Shown: piece after piece, positions 27,941 through 36,272 of the stretch
Layout of the letters: each line of letters starts with the position of its first letter
Position numbering within the stretch: position 1 is the first letter of the stretch
Assembly (NCBI GenBank): GCA_020849095.1
Contig: JADLGX010000320.1
Location: forward strand, 1 to 62,776
From: Candidatus Eiseniibacteriota bacterium
GTDB taxonomy: Bacteria; Eisenbacteria; RBG-16-71-46
Length of the DNA: 62,776 nucleotides
Reading direction: 5' to 3'
The notes under the pieces: model-generated
The model's database searches: none
Seen by the model: only the letters and a program-made list of their open reading frames with translations
What the model was told of the DNA's origin: nothing
Made by a program: the position numbers and the translations under genes

Positions 27941-27972
27941 GCTCGCCCCAGCAGCACGTTCCGTTCCATCAT
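27938..27972 (-). promoter_or_regulatory. 35-nt element ATGATGGAACGGAACGTGCTGCTGGGGCGAGCATG (sigma54-like TGGAAC-N5-GTGC) ending at the hsdR ATG
   Basis: GG-N10-GC spacing. It overlaps the activator's TGA stop. 27/35 identical, ungapped, to the element at 29563-29597 on the other strand. Confidence 0.45.
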
Positions 27973-29465
27973 TCCTTCACCCCGTACCTCGTGAGCCAGC
28001 CTTTGAGCGTTTGGTAGCTGGCGAGGCCGACCAACGATGCCGCCAGGGTCTTGTTGCCCTGGGCCTCCTGCATGGCGCGAGACAGGTAGTGGCGCGCCAC
28101 GTCCGCCATCAAGTCCGACAGGTTGAAACCGCCGCCCAAGGGGCGGCCGAGGACTTCGGGAGTCAACGACCTTGGCGCGGCGAGTAGCGCATCGCGCGCC
28201 TCGCCCTCATCGATGACCGCGCCCCTCGACCAGATGAACGCCCGCCGAAGGGTGGACTCGAGCTCCCGCACGTTGCCAGGCCAATCGTACCGGAGAAGAA
28301 GATTTCTTGCGCCGACAGAAACCTTCTTCTGGACGGCGCCGGGCCGGCTGGCCATCTCCGCGTTGAGCTTGTCGAGCAGCCTATCGAGCAGAAAACTAAC
28401 GTCGCCCTCGCGCTCCCTGAGCGGCGGCGTCTTGAGGACCAACACCGCCAGCCGAAAGTAGAGGTCTTCTCGGAATCTTCCTTCGCGCACCTCTTGGAGG
28501 AGGTTGCGGTTGGTCGCGGCGATGACACGCACGTCTACGGGCACGTCGGCCCGGCCGCCAATGGGCCGTACTCTTCGCTGCTGCAGAGCTCTCAGCAGCT
28601 TGGCCTGGTGCTCGACCGCGAGCTCACCGACTTCGTCCAGGAAGAGCGAGCCGCCGTCCGCTTGCTCGAAGAACCCCTTGTGGTCGCGGTCCGCGCCGGT
28701 GAAGGCGCCCCGGGTGTGCCCGAAGAACTGCGACTCGAAGAGCTCCTTTGGGATAGCGCCGCAGTTCACTTCGACGAAGGGCTTGCCCTTCCGCGGACTT
28801 TCCCCGTGAATGGCCTCGGCGAGCAACTGCTTGCCAGTGCCGGATTCACCTTCGATGAAGACGGACTCGGAGAACGGGGCGGCTTGCCGGGCACGGCGGA
28901 CCAAGCGCTTCATCACCTCGCTTCGGTGCAGAATATCACCGAATTTTGGCTCTTCCGGGCGAACACCGTCAGCAAGCTTCGCCAGGTCCGCGCTGGTCTG
29001 TTGGACGGCGGCCGGGATGAACTCCGCAGCCAGCTCGAACGGAACGTTGACCGTCGCGACGCCCTTCTCCCTCGAGGACTCTATGAGCTCCGCCCCGAAC
29101 CGGGTCTTGGCGACGATGATCCAGATCGCCGCCATCGCGGGGGTGCCGGGGCTGAGGTGGAAAGTGAGCCTGGTCTTGGCGCCGTGCTTCTCGAGCGTCC
29201 AGGCGACAGTGCTGCTCACCGCGCGGTAGATGTCGGCGTGGTCAGTGGGAGACGACAGCACATGTTGCTGAACGACCACTTCCGCGTCGGTCTGCTTCGC
29301 AACCCAACGCACGTACGGGTTGATCTGCTCTTTGGGGAAGTTGTTCAGCAGAACGACCTGGTCGAACTTGCGCGCCGCCAGGGCCTCCGCGATGGGGCCC
29401 GCGCCGCCACCCTCAGCGGCCTTGAGATCGGTCAGGCCGATCCACGCCAGGAGCACACGAGCCAT
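27969..29465 (-). CDS. CARF-like (RtcR-type) sensor domain fused to a sigma54-dependent AAA+ activator and Fis-type HTH, 498 aa
   Basis: GESGTGKQ Walker A, GAFTGA loop (HTRGAFTGA), RFREDLYFRL, C-terminal HTH. The N-domain MARVLLAWIGLTD...TFHLSPGTPAMAAIWIIV resembles the RtcR CARF pattern. Start set at ATG 29463-29465; the 151-aa upstream extension in the track was rejected. Confidence 0.75.
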   Translation of the reverse strand: MARVLLAWIGLTDLKAAEGGGAGPIAEALAARKFDQVVLLNNFPKEQINPYVRWVAKQTDAEVVVQQHVLSSPTDHADIYRAVSSTVAWTLEKHGAKTRLTFHLSPGTPAMAAIWIIVAKTRFGAELIESSREKGVATVNVPFELAAEFIPAAVQQTSADLAKLADGVRPEEPKFGDILHRSEVMKRLVRRARQAAPFSESVFIEGESGTGKQLLAEAIHGESPRKGKPFVEVNCGAIPKELFESQFFGHTRGAFTGADRDHKGFFEQADGGSLFLDEVGELAVEHQAKLLRALQQRRVRPIGGRADVPVDVRVIAATNRNLLQEVREGRFREDLYFRLAVLVLKTPPLREREGDVSFLLDRLLDKLNAEMASRPGAVQKKVSVGARNLLLRYDWPGNVRELESTLRRAFIWSRGAVIDEGEARDALLAAPRSLTPEVLGRPLGGGFNLSDLMADVARHYLSRAMQEAQGNKTLAASLVGLASYQTLKGWLTRYGVKE

Positions 29466-29498
29466 CGGCCCTGGGAGGGTAACAACTCCTCTGGCGCC

Positions 29499-29512
29499 AG
29501 AAGAGATCTTCT
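29499..29512. promoter_or_regulatory. Palindrome AGAAGA-GA-TCTTCT (possible UAS) in the divergent intergenic region
   Basis: 6-bp arms, extended imperfectly to CCAGAAGAGATCTTCTTGG. Centred about 88 nt upstream of the predicted +1 of the 29563-29597 element. Confidence 0.4.
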
Positions 29513-29562
29513 TGGGCGGGGGGATTCGACCCATGGAAGAACCGAATGATCCGGCGACTGCG

Positions 29563-29597
29563 ATGATGGAACGGTTCGTGAAGAAGGGACGTGCATG
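29563..29597 (+). promoter_or_regulatory. 35-nt element ATGATGGAACGGTTCGTGAAGAAGGGACGTGCATG ending at the ATG of the coiled-coil nuclease gene
   Basis: Twin of 27938-27972. -24-like TGGAAC; the -12 position reads GTGA (GA instead of the canonical GC). Same 28-nt distance from TGG to ATG. Confidence 0.4.
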
Positions 29598-31298
29598 ACC
29601 ACGCAAGCTCCCCTCACGGTTCTCGTCGGCGTCGAAGCCGACGTCGTCGAAGCGCATATCCGAGACCGCCGCACCGACGCGGTGTCCGTTTTTGAGCCAC
29701 TGAACGAAGCCCAGCGGGTGGGTCTTGTCACCGACGCCTGGACCGTCGGCCTTCGCGCTCTCATGAACGCCTACAAGCAAGCCGAGGAAGCTCGCTTGCA
29801 GGACATCGGTCGCACGCTGAGCGAGGACCTGGAGCGGCAGCTCGCCGCGTACGTCGAGCGGCAGCAGGCGACGTTCGTCCAGGTGCTGGCGCGGTACTTC
29901 GACCCCCGCGACGGGCAAGTTGTCGCTCGGCTCGAGGGATTCCTCCGCGACGGTGGCGAGCTCGCACAGACCATGGACCAGTTCCTGGCGCCAGGGCGGG
30001 GCGCTCTGGCACAGACGCTGGCCCGCGAGCTCGGAGAGAACAGCTTGCTGCTCAAGCGCCTGAGCCCGACGGACAGCGAGGGAGTGATCTTTTTGCTGGA
30101 GTCCAAGCTGCGCGAGGCGCTGGCTTCAAGCCAGGTGGAGGTTGCCCGTGCGCTCGATCCGAGCGCCGAAGACGGTGCCGTCGCCAGGTTCCTGCGCGCT
30201 CTCCGCCAGGAGCTCGAGAAGGCCGACAGCGACCGGAGCAAGCAGCTCGCGTTGGCCACCAAGGCATTGGACGCCAACGACGAGACGTCGCTCTTGAGCC
30301 GAATGATGCGCGAGGTTTCCGACGCCCGAACCGCGTTCGTCACTTCGATGAACCCGGACCTGCCCGACTCCCCGATGGCGGTGCTCAAGACGGCGCTCTC
30401 GACCCTGCTCGAGCAGCACGTCCAATCGCAGCAGGAAGCCATGGAGCGCATGCAGGAGCGCCAGCAGAAGTTCGAGGCGGACGTCCGCGAGGCACTCGTC
30501 CGTATCGAAGAGCGCAAGCGCGGCGAGCTCAAGTCACCTCGAGGCGGCATTGCCTTCGAGGACGCGGTAACCCGCTTCGTCCAGCGGTCCGTTCAAGGCG
30601 CGCCCGTCACCGTTGACGCGACCGGCAATACCGTTGGCGCCAAGGCGGGCTGCAAGGTCGGCGACCAGGTGCTCCGCTTCACGGCCGAGAGCGCGTACTC
30701 CGGGTGCGCGCTCGTGGTAGAGGCCAAACGAGAGGCCGGGTACACGGTGACCCAGGCGCTGGCGGAGCTCGAGCTGGCTCGCGGTAACCGCTCGGCGGGA
30801 ACGGGTCTGTTCGTAATGTCCAAGAGCCACGCGCCGAAGGGGTTCCCGAACTTCGCGCGTTACGGCAGCGACATCCTCGTCGTCTGGGACGACGAGGACG
30901 AAGGGACTGATCCCTACCTTCACGCAGCAGTCGTCTTGGGCCTCGCACTGGCGAGCCAGCAGAGGCGTAGTGAGGACGAGGGCGACATCAGCGCCCTCGC
31001 CGACATCGAACATCGCATCCAGAAAGAGGTCGACCGTCTGGGCAGAATGCGGGGTCTGGCCGAGTCCATCCAGGGCGACGCCGAGAAGCTGGCTGACGAA
31101 ATCCGGAAGGGTGGCAAAGGCCTGGACCTGCTGCTCCGCAAAGCGAAGTCCACGCTGAAGGCGCTGAACGTGGAGTTGACCGAAGCCGAGGAAGCAAGGG
31201 CCGAGCCGGTCGGGCTGGCGGCGGGGTCGCTGGTGGAGGCGAGGGGGGCGCTGGCTGGTGGCGACGACGGCACGGGCGACGCAGACGCGCGACACTGA
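29595..31298 (+). CDS. Coiled-coil protein with C-terminal PD-(D/E)XK-like domain (RmuC/DUF2130-like), 567 aa
   Basis: About 330 aa of heptad-like Q/E/A/L/R-rich sequence, then SPRGGIAFEDAV...KVGDQVLRF...CALVVEAKRE (D ... E-x-K) ...GLFVMSK. Confidence 0.65.
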   Translation: MTTQAPLTVLVGVEADVVEAHIRDRRTDAVSVFEPLNEAQRVGLVTDAWTVGLRALMNAYKQAEEARLQDIGRTLSEDLERQLAAYVERQQATFVQVLARYFDPRDGQVVARLEGFLRDGGELAQTMDQFLAPGRGALAQTLARELGENSLLLKRLSPTDSEGVIFLLESKLREALASSQVEVARALDPSAEDGAVARFLRALRQELEKADSDRSKQLALATKALDANDETSLLSRMMREVSDARTAFVTSMNPDLPDSPMAVLKTALSTLLEQHVQSQQEAMERMQERQQKFEADVREALVRIEERKRGELKSPRGGIAFEDAVTRFVQRSVQGAPVTVDATGNTVGAKAGCKVGDQVLRFTAESAYSGCALVVEAKREAGYTVTQALAELELARGNRSAGTGLFVMSKSHAPKGFPNFARYGSDILVVWDDEDEGTDPYLHAAVVLGLALASQQRRSEDEGDISALADIEHRIQKEVDRLGRMRGLAESIQGDAEKLADEIRKGGKGLDLLLRKAKSTLKALNVELTEAEEARAEPVGLAAGSLVEARGALAGGDDGTGDADARH

Positions 31299-31314
31299 CA
31301 CCCAGGGATTCGGC

Positions 31315-32175
31315 GTGAACACGAAGCAACACTTCCTCCCGGCGGGCTTTCTCAAGAACTTCTCAGCTAGTCCATCGGCAGGCCGCGAGGCTCCCGTCTG
31401 GGCGTTCGACGGGCAGCGGTCCTTCCAGACCGCAGTGAAGAACGTCTGCGTTGAGGGCGACTTCTACACCTTCGACCGCGAGCAGGAGTTCAACGTGCAC
31501 GGGGAGCTGGAGACCGGGCTGTTCGACGTGCTGCCAAAGCTACTCGACGGTGATCGGACAGACCGTGTGCTCGTTTCGATGCTGTTCCACGCGTGTTACT
31601 TGCACATTCGGGGACGCGAGTTCGAGAACGCGTCGGGCGTGGCCCGATTGAACGCAATCCAGACGCACGGAGTGACGTTCATCTGCCGGCACGTTCTTCG
31701 GATGAGCCTGGAGGAGCAGCCGCTCGGCCGAGCGACTGCGCGTCTCATGGTCAGTACCGCTCTCACGGACTTCCACTTCGAAGTCGTTCGAGCCGACACA
31801 TCCTCCGGTGACACGGACTTGTACTGCTCCGATAACCCGGTGGCGATCTTCACACGGGACGGGAGGCCGGATCTCTTGGTGTTGCCGCTAACCGCGACCC
31901 AGCTCTTCGTGGCAGCACGCGCATCTGCGTTCGAGACCCGTGGGAACAAGTACGACGAGACCGACGCCGCGTGGGCGAACAGCGCCCAGTGCTACTTCAC
32001 TCACCGCCAAGTGTTCTCGCGTCACGAGATGCCCGAACAGGACAGGATGCAAGCCGCGGCGCTGATGCGGAGAAGACCGAAGACCAACTCTGCGCTCGAA
32101 CCGGATTCGCTTACGGTCACGCCGTCCAGCATCCCGAAGCCCCTTCCCTCTTTTCTGGTAGCGCGGGTCGAATGA
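31315..32175 (+). CDS. DUF4238-like protein, 286 aa
   Basis: The N-terminal KQHFLPAGFLKNFS matches the H-[YF]-[LIV]-P-x-x-[YF]-L-x-x-F hallmark of DUF4238, as I recall it. GTG 31315 lies 6 nt after AGGGA and 16 nt after the upstream stop; the track start 31258 overlaps the upstream gene. Confidence 0.55.
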   Translation: MNTKQHFLPAGFLKNFSASPSAGREAPVWAFDGQRSFQTAVKNVCVEGDFYTFDREQEFNVHGELETGLFDVLPKLLDGDRTDRVLVSMLFHACYLHIRGREFENASGVARLNAIQTHGVTFICRHVLRMSLEEQPLGRATARLMVSTALTDFHFEVVRADTSSGDTDLYCSDNPVAIFTRDGRPDLLVLPLTATQLFVAARASAFETRGNKYDETDAAWANSAQCYFTHRQVFSRHEMPEQDRMQAAALMRRRPKTNSALEPDSLTVTPSSIPKPLPSFLVARVE

Positions 32176-32262
32176 CCGACATTCCGCTCCCTGACCCGAC
32201 CCTTCGGTTGGATATGCTCGAGGAGATCGGCACGCGAGCCCGGCCTTGCACGGGATTGGCGA

Positions 32263-34473
32263 TCAGTCGTCTGCAGCAGCTATCGTAGCCAAGCCGTTTG
32301 CGCCCAGGCTTGCAGCCGTCACGGTGTTGACCGTCAGGATCACGGTGACCACGACCCCTTCGCCGCACAGCTCGAGGCCGGAAGGCAACGTCCTGGATTC
32401 CCGATAGCTTCCCACCCGGAAGCCTGTCTCGAAATCTGCCGTGACCACCGACAGCATTTCTGCATCGTCCGTGCCCTTCCCCGAAATACTCACCGGTACC
32501 CGCACCTCGAGCGGCTTCCCGGTCCCGCCCGGCCATACACGCAGGGAAACGCTCGCGGACACGCCGGCCGCAAGATCTAGCAACACGACGCCGGGACCCA
32601 TCGACACGCAGTTGCCGCCAGCCACTGCGCGACGAATTGCCTGCCAGAGCTGCGCCGCTTGGGCGCGAATGCCTTCCCACCCGACGGTCCCGCGCTCCTT
32701 GTAAACCCTTCCGCGAACTGGGCCCCGGGATGAGTGGGAGCCTTCGATCCGATTGAAGTCCGGCTCGATGGGCGCCATGCCGAACGCGGGTGAGTGCTCG
32801 ACCATCGAGAGCCACGTGTCTTCGTCAGTTGGCGTCCACCTGTCAGGCGGGAAGTGCAGTGGGCGGGCCTCCCGGATTTGGGGCTCGTACGAAAGGCGTC
32901 CGCTCTGCTCGTCGCCGTGCCACTCCTCAAGGCTGACCCACACGATGCGGTCGGACTCCGTGGCCACAACGTCGTCCAGCCACCGTGGCCGCCCTGACAA
33001 CCACGGTTCGTCCGAGCTGAGCTGAGAGCGAACCTTCTCCAGGACCGCCACGAATTGCACCGGGCGGCCTTCGGATCGCTTCGGCACGAGGCGAGCGGTC
33101 ACAGGCGGCAGAGCTGGGCCGAGCAACGCGCCGAGCACCACCAGCGGATCAGGGACCAGGTCACCGTGCCGCTCGGGCGGCTTCGCGGGGCAGCGCAAGA
33201 GCGAAGTCCTTGCATGGACAACGAGACGCTCGTCCTCACCAGGCACCGCAAGTGCCGGCAGTGCGCTTTCGAGGAAGGGATCGCGAAGGTAGTCCTCGTG
33301 GACCCAAGTGCTGAGCAAGCCCAGCACGCGGGCCAGCGGCGAGGAGGGCGCCTTCACCGCGTGCACTCTCACAATCGGCTCGTTCGCGAACTGCTCCGCG
33401 ACCTCCGCGGGGATGTTGATCAGATGTAGCGATCCGTCGACTCGCAAGACCGTTGGTCCTGTCTCTCGTGTCTTCGCGCGAAGCAGCACCCTGGCGAGCT
33501 CGTCCGTGCTGCAGGACGCGACTCCCCTGACCCCCTGGGCCGCGAGCTGTCGCCCCAGCATTGCCAGTCGTGCATCAACTCGTTCGGATTCGGTCGATGC
33601 CACGGAGATGCCGAGTCGTCGCCCCAGCGCAAGCCGGTCCCCCGCACTCCATCCAAGGTCCCGCGCACCCTGCTCTGTCGACAGCTCCCACATCAAGCGT
33701 CTCAGGCGCAGCGGGTCGTCGGGCAGTTCCAGTTCGTGGCCACCGCCATCACCGTCCACGTCGTCGCCAACAGGTGCGTCGATGCGTGGCAGTGGGGCGA
33801 GGGCGCCGCGCTTCTGGAACACTTCGAACGCATCCGGAGGCTCCAAGACCAGGCTGCCGCTACGCACCGCGATGGCAGCCCACCGGGAGTAGTCTGGGAA
33901 TCGCGTCGGGGAAAGAACGAGTCCTTCCACCCCCGCTTCGTCTTCGAGGACGGAGTCGGCTTCTTCCGGGGTCACCCGGCAGATGCGCACCCGGGCCTTC
34001 CAGTCGTCGAACGTCCTGGGCAGGGCGCGGTATTGCTCCTCGGTGAGCACGAGGACTGCAGGGAAGAGGCCATGCTCGCGGAGGACCACTGACTCGACCG
34101 CGCGGAAGACTTGGTCGAGCTCGTCGCGCGTGCCATGCCAAGGCGTGATGTTCACGAGAAGTCGGGCGGGTTGCTGCTCCACTGGCACCAGCAACTCGTT
34201 CGCCATCTTGCGGATGTGTCGTCGCTGGTCGTGTGGCACGTCGAGTAGGTCGAAGAGTGGCTCGCCCTTCTCAGGCGTCAGGAAGAAGAACCGAATGCCA
34301 ACTGGATCGTTCTTCATGAGGCGGCTGAGGCTCGATGCAAGGTGTGAGGCGGTGTAGGTCTTTCCGGTCAATTCAGCCCATTTCTGGCCCCACTCGAGCG
34401 CGACCGCCTTCTGCTGCTGATCGCCAAAGTAGCCCCTGAGGATCTCTCCAATGCCCATCGCTTCGTTCTCCAT
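32263..34473 (-). CDS. Large hypothetical protein, 736 aa, no recognisable domain
   Basis: Uninterrupted ORF with coding-like composition. Start set at ATG 34471-34473 (MENEAMGIGEIL). No P-loop or catalytic motif seen. Confidence 0.6.
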   Translation of the reverse strand: MENEAMGIGEILRGYFGDQQQKAVALEWGQKWAELTGKTYTASHLASSLSRLMKNDPVGIRFFFLTPEKGEPLFDLLDVPHDQRRHIRKMANELLVPVEQQPARLLVNITPWHGTRDELDQVFRAVESVVLREHGLFPAVLVLTEEQYRALPRTFDDWKARVRICRVTPEEADSVLEDEAGVEGLVLSPTRFPDYSRWAAIAVRSGSLVLEPPDAFEVFQKRGALAPLPRIDAPVGDDVDGDGGGHELELPDDPLRLRRLMWELSTEQGARDLGWSAGDRLALGRRLGISVASTESERVDARLAMLGRQLAAQGVRGVASCSTDELARVLLRAKTRETGPTVLRVDGSLHLINIPAEVAEQFANEPIVRVHAVKAPSSPLARVLGLLSTWVHEDYLRDPFLESALPALAVPGEDERLVVHARTSLLRCPAKPPERHGDLVPDPLVVLGALLGPALPPVTARLVPKRSEGRPVQFVAVLEKVRSQLSSDEPWLSGRPRWLDDVVATESDRIVWVSLEEWHGDEQSGRLSYEPQIREARPLHFPPDRWTPTDEDTWLSMVEHSPAFGMAPIEPDFNRIEGSHSSRGPVRGRVYKERGTVGWEGIRAQAAQLWQAIRRAVAGGNCVSMGPGVVLLDLAAGVSASVSLRVWPGGTGKPLEVRVPVSISGKGTDDAEMLSVVTADFETGFRVGSYRESRTLPSGLELCGEGVVVTVILTVNTVTAASLGANGLATIAAADD

Positions 34474-34769
34474 ACCGGCGAGGTTGGTGCTTGCTGGCGC
34501 GGGATGCACGCTTGCACGCTTGCTCTGCAATCGATGGAACGTCGTCCCCGCCTTGAGCCTTCCTTCTCTGCCCATCAGGGTAGGACGCCCCCCTTGCACC
34601 GGCGCGCAGCGTGTTCATGTTGCGCCAATTGCGCGGGCTCCGGCCCCGAGAGTGTCAGCGACACCTTTGCCCATGTTGGGCAACGCCGCGCGGGTCACGG
34701 CTGACCCATCCGACATGACGCGGGGGCGCTGCGAAGGACCGCTTTCAGGTCCAGAGTGGAGTCTGCGTC

Positions 34770-35084
34770 ATGTCCAATAACACCAGTAACATCAACACGT
34801 TCAGCCGCGGCACATTGCCTTCGTTCTTCCGAGGCGTGGTCATCGAAGCGTCGAGGACCACCTACGAACATGCCGGCTTCGCGTTGGCCCGTCACCTGCG
34901 CGACTACCTGGACGAGCCCGAGGTCGAAGAGCTCGATCGAGCGCTGGCGAGCGACGACCCCGCTGAAGCGGTGTGGGAGCTCATCAAAGACGCGCTTCCG
35001 AGGTGTGCCGCGCTGGTTCCCCGTCGGCGCCGCGTGACCTTCACGCGCGGCATTCGGCGCGCCATCGAAGAGCTCCAGATCTAG
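34770..35084 (+). CDS. Hypothetical protein, 104 aa
   Basis: ATG-initiated ORF at the start of a plus-strand gene block. No motif. Confidence 0.45.
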   Translation: MSNNTSNINTFSRGTLPSFFRGVVIEASRTTYEHAGFALARHLRDYLDEPEVEELDRALASDDPAEAVWELIKDALPRCAALVPRRRRVTFTRGIRRAIEELQI

Positions 35085-35511
35085 GCGCTCGTCAAGTGAA
35101 CGGACGGAGCTGGGCGTGGCCGGCGGCGGCTGGCGCGCCCGGCTCTGCGCGCGCAATTCTTCTGGCTGCCAAGGGATAACAACTACGGAGGCGCCAACAC
35201 GCTTGCGTTTCCGAGGAGGCGCATGGGCGAGTATCTGCCCAAGGTCCTGCAGACCATCGCGATCATTGTAATGGCCGTCGCGCAGCTCATCCTGATCTGG
35301 CGAGCTCGGTCCGCGGCGATCGACTGAACGATCACCGAATCGGTGTTCAAGCGCGCCCTTCGCGGCGCAGAAGGAGAAGTGGAACCATGACTATCGACAG
35401 CGACAGCGACAAGCTCGCGTTCATCACCCGCGTCTGGCGCAACGACGCCACCCGAAGGGGACTGGCCGCCGCTGCGGCCGGCGTCTTGATTGCAGCCATC
35501 GGCGAGGCCAT

Positions 35512-35892
35512 TTGGCCGTCGACGTAGTCGCCGAGTTCATTGGCGAAGAGCTGCTGCGCGCCGTCGAGCGCGGCCGAGGTGAGATCTCAGGGCAGGCTTC
35601 ACGTGCGCTCGACTGGCTGCGCGAAACCTCGGAGCCACCGCGTGGTCTCGAGCTCCGCGCCACCGACGGCTCCCGCTACACCGGCGTGCTCATCGTGCAG
35701 GGCAACGCCGTCAAGTTCGCCTGGCTGATCAGGCACCCGGCGCTGCCACCTGGCCCGGCCTCGCCTCCAGCGTCACCGACCTTCGGGTCGCGGATGAATG
35801 CACCCCTCGTGCCTCGACACGGGCAGTTCGATTTCGATCCCGACGATCCACGATGGGACCGCGACTGGAGTCCGTACGACGCCGGTCGCTGA
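35512..35892 (+). CDS. Hypothetical protein, 126 aa
   Basis: ORF in the same block. Two shorter peptide ORFs (35222-35326 and 35388-35528, both hydrophobic) precede it. No motif. Confidence 0.35.
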   Translation: MAVDVVAEFIGEELLRAVERGRGEISGQASRALDWLRETSEPPRGLELRATDGSRYTGVLIVQGNAVKFAWLIRHPALPPGPASPPASPTFGSRMNAPLVPRHGQFDFDPDDPRWDRDWSPYDAGR

Positions 35893-35972
35893 CCCTCGAA
35901 CATCCACGACACCAACCAGCGGGCGTCTCGCATCAGCGCGGGACGCCCGCTCCTCTTTCAGGAGTACTCTTC

Positions 35973-36272
35973 ATGCGAATCAACGGACGAACCCTGCGAC
36001 CCAGTGATCTGGAAGAGCGCCGACTGCTGTTGAACGAGTTCGGCACGCTCAGCCTTCGGGTCCCCCGGGGCGCCAACCCGTACCTGATTGCCCGCCGTCT
36101 CCGGCGCGCAGCGCACAACGAAAGCCCGGACCTGCTGTTCGTGCGGGAACGCCTGTCTTGCCGTCGACCGAAGACCGGTGAACCGCACCCGTCCCCGGAC
36201 ATCGACGTTCCCGAGCCGGTTCACGGTCCCGTCGAGGCAGCCGATGGCGAGCGCGACGACCAGGCTGCGTGA
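35973..36272 (+). CDS. Hypothetical protein, 99 aa
   Basis: ATG 35973 preceded by AGGAG at 35959-35963. Confidence 0.45.
   Translation: MRINGRTLRPSDLEERRLLLNEFGTLSLRVPRGANPYLIARRLRRAAHNESPDLLFVRERLSCRRPKTGEPHPSPDIDVPEPVHGPVEAADGERDDQAA

Noticed and set aside
28290-28335. AGAAG/CTTCT-rich segment inside the activator gene, considered as a UAS for the hsdR-proximal element
   Set aside because: It is not a clean palindrome and lies ~350-390 nt from the predicted start, within coding sequence.
29466-29918. 151-codon N-terminal extension of the activator ORF in the supplied track
   Set aside because: The extension is low-complexity and overlaps the divergent gene and the intergenic motifs. CARF domains start at the N-terminus, and MARVLLAWIG at 29465 fits a first beta-strand.
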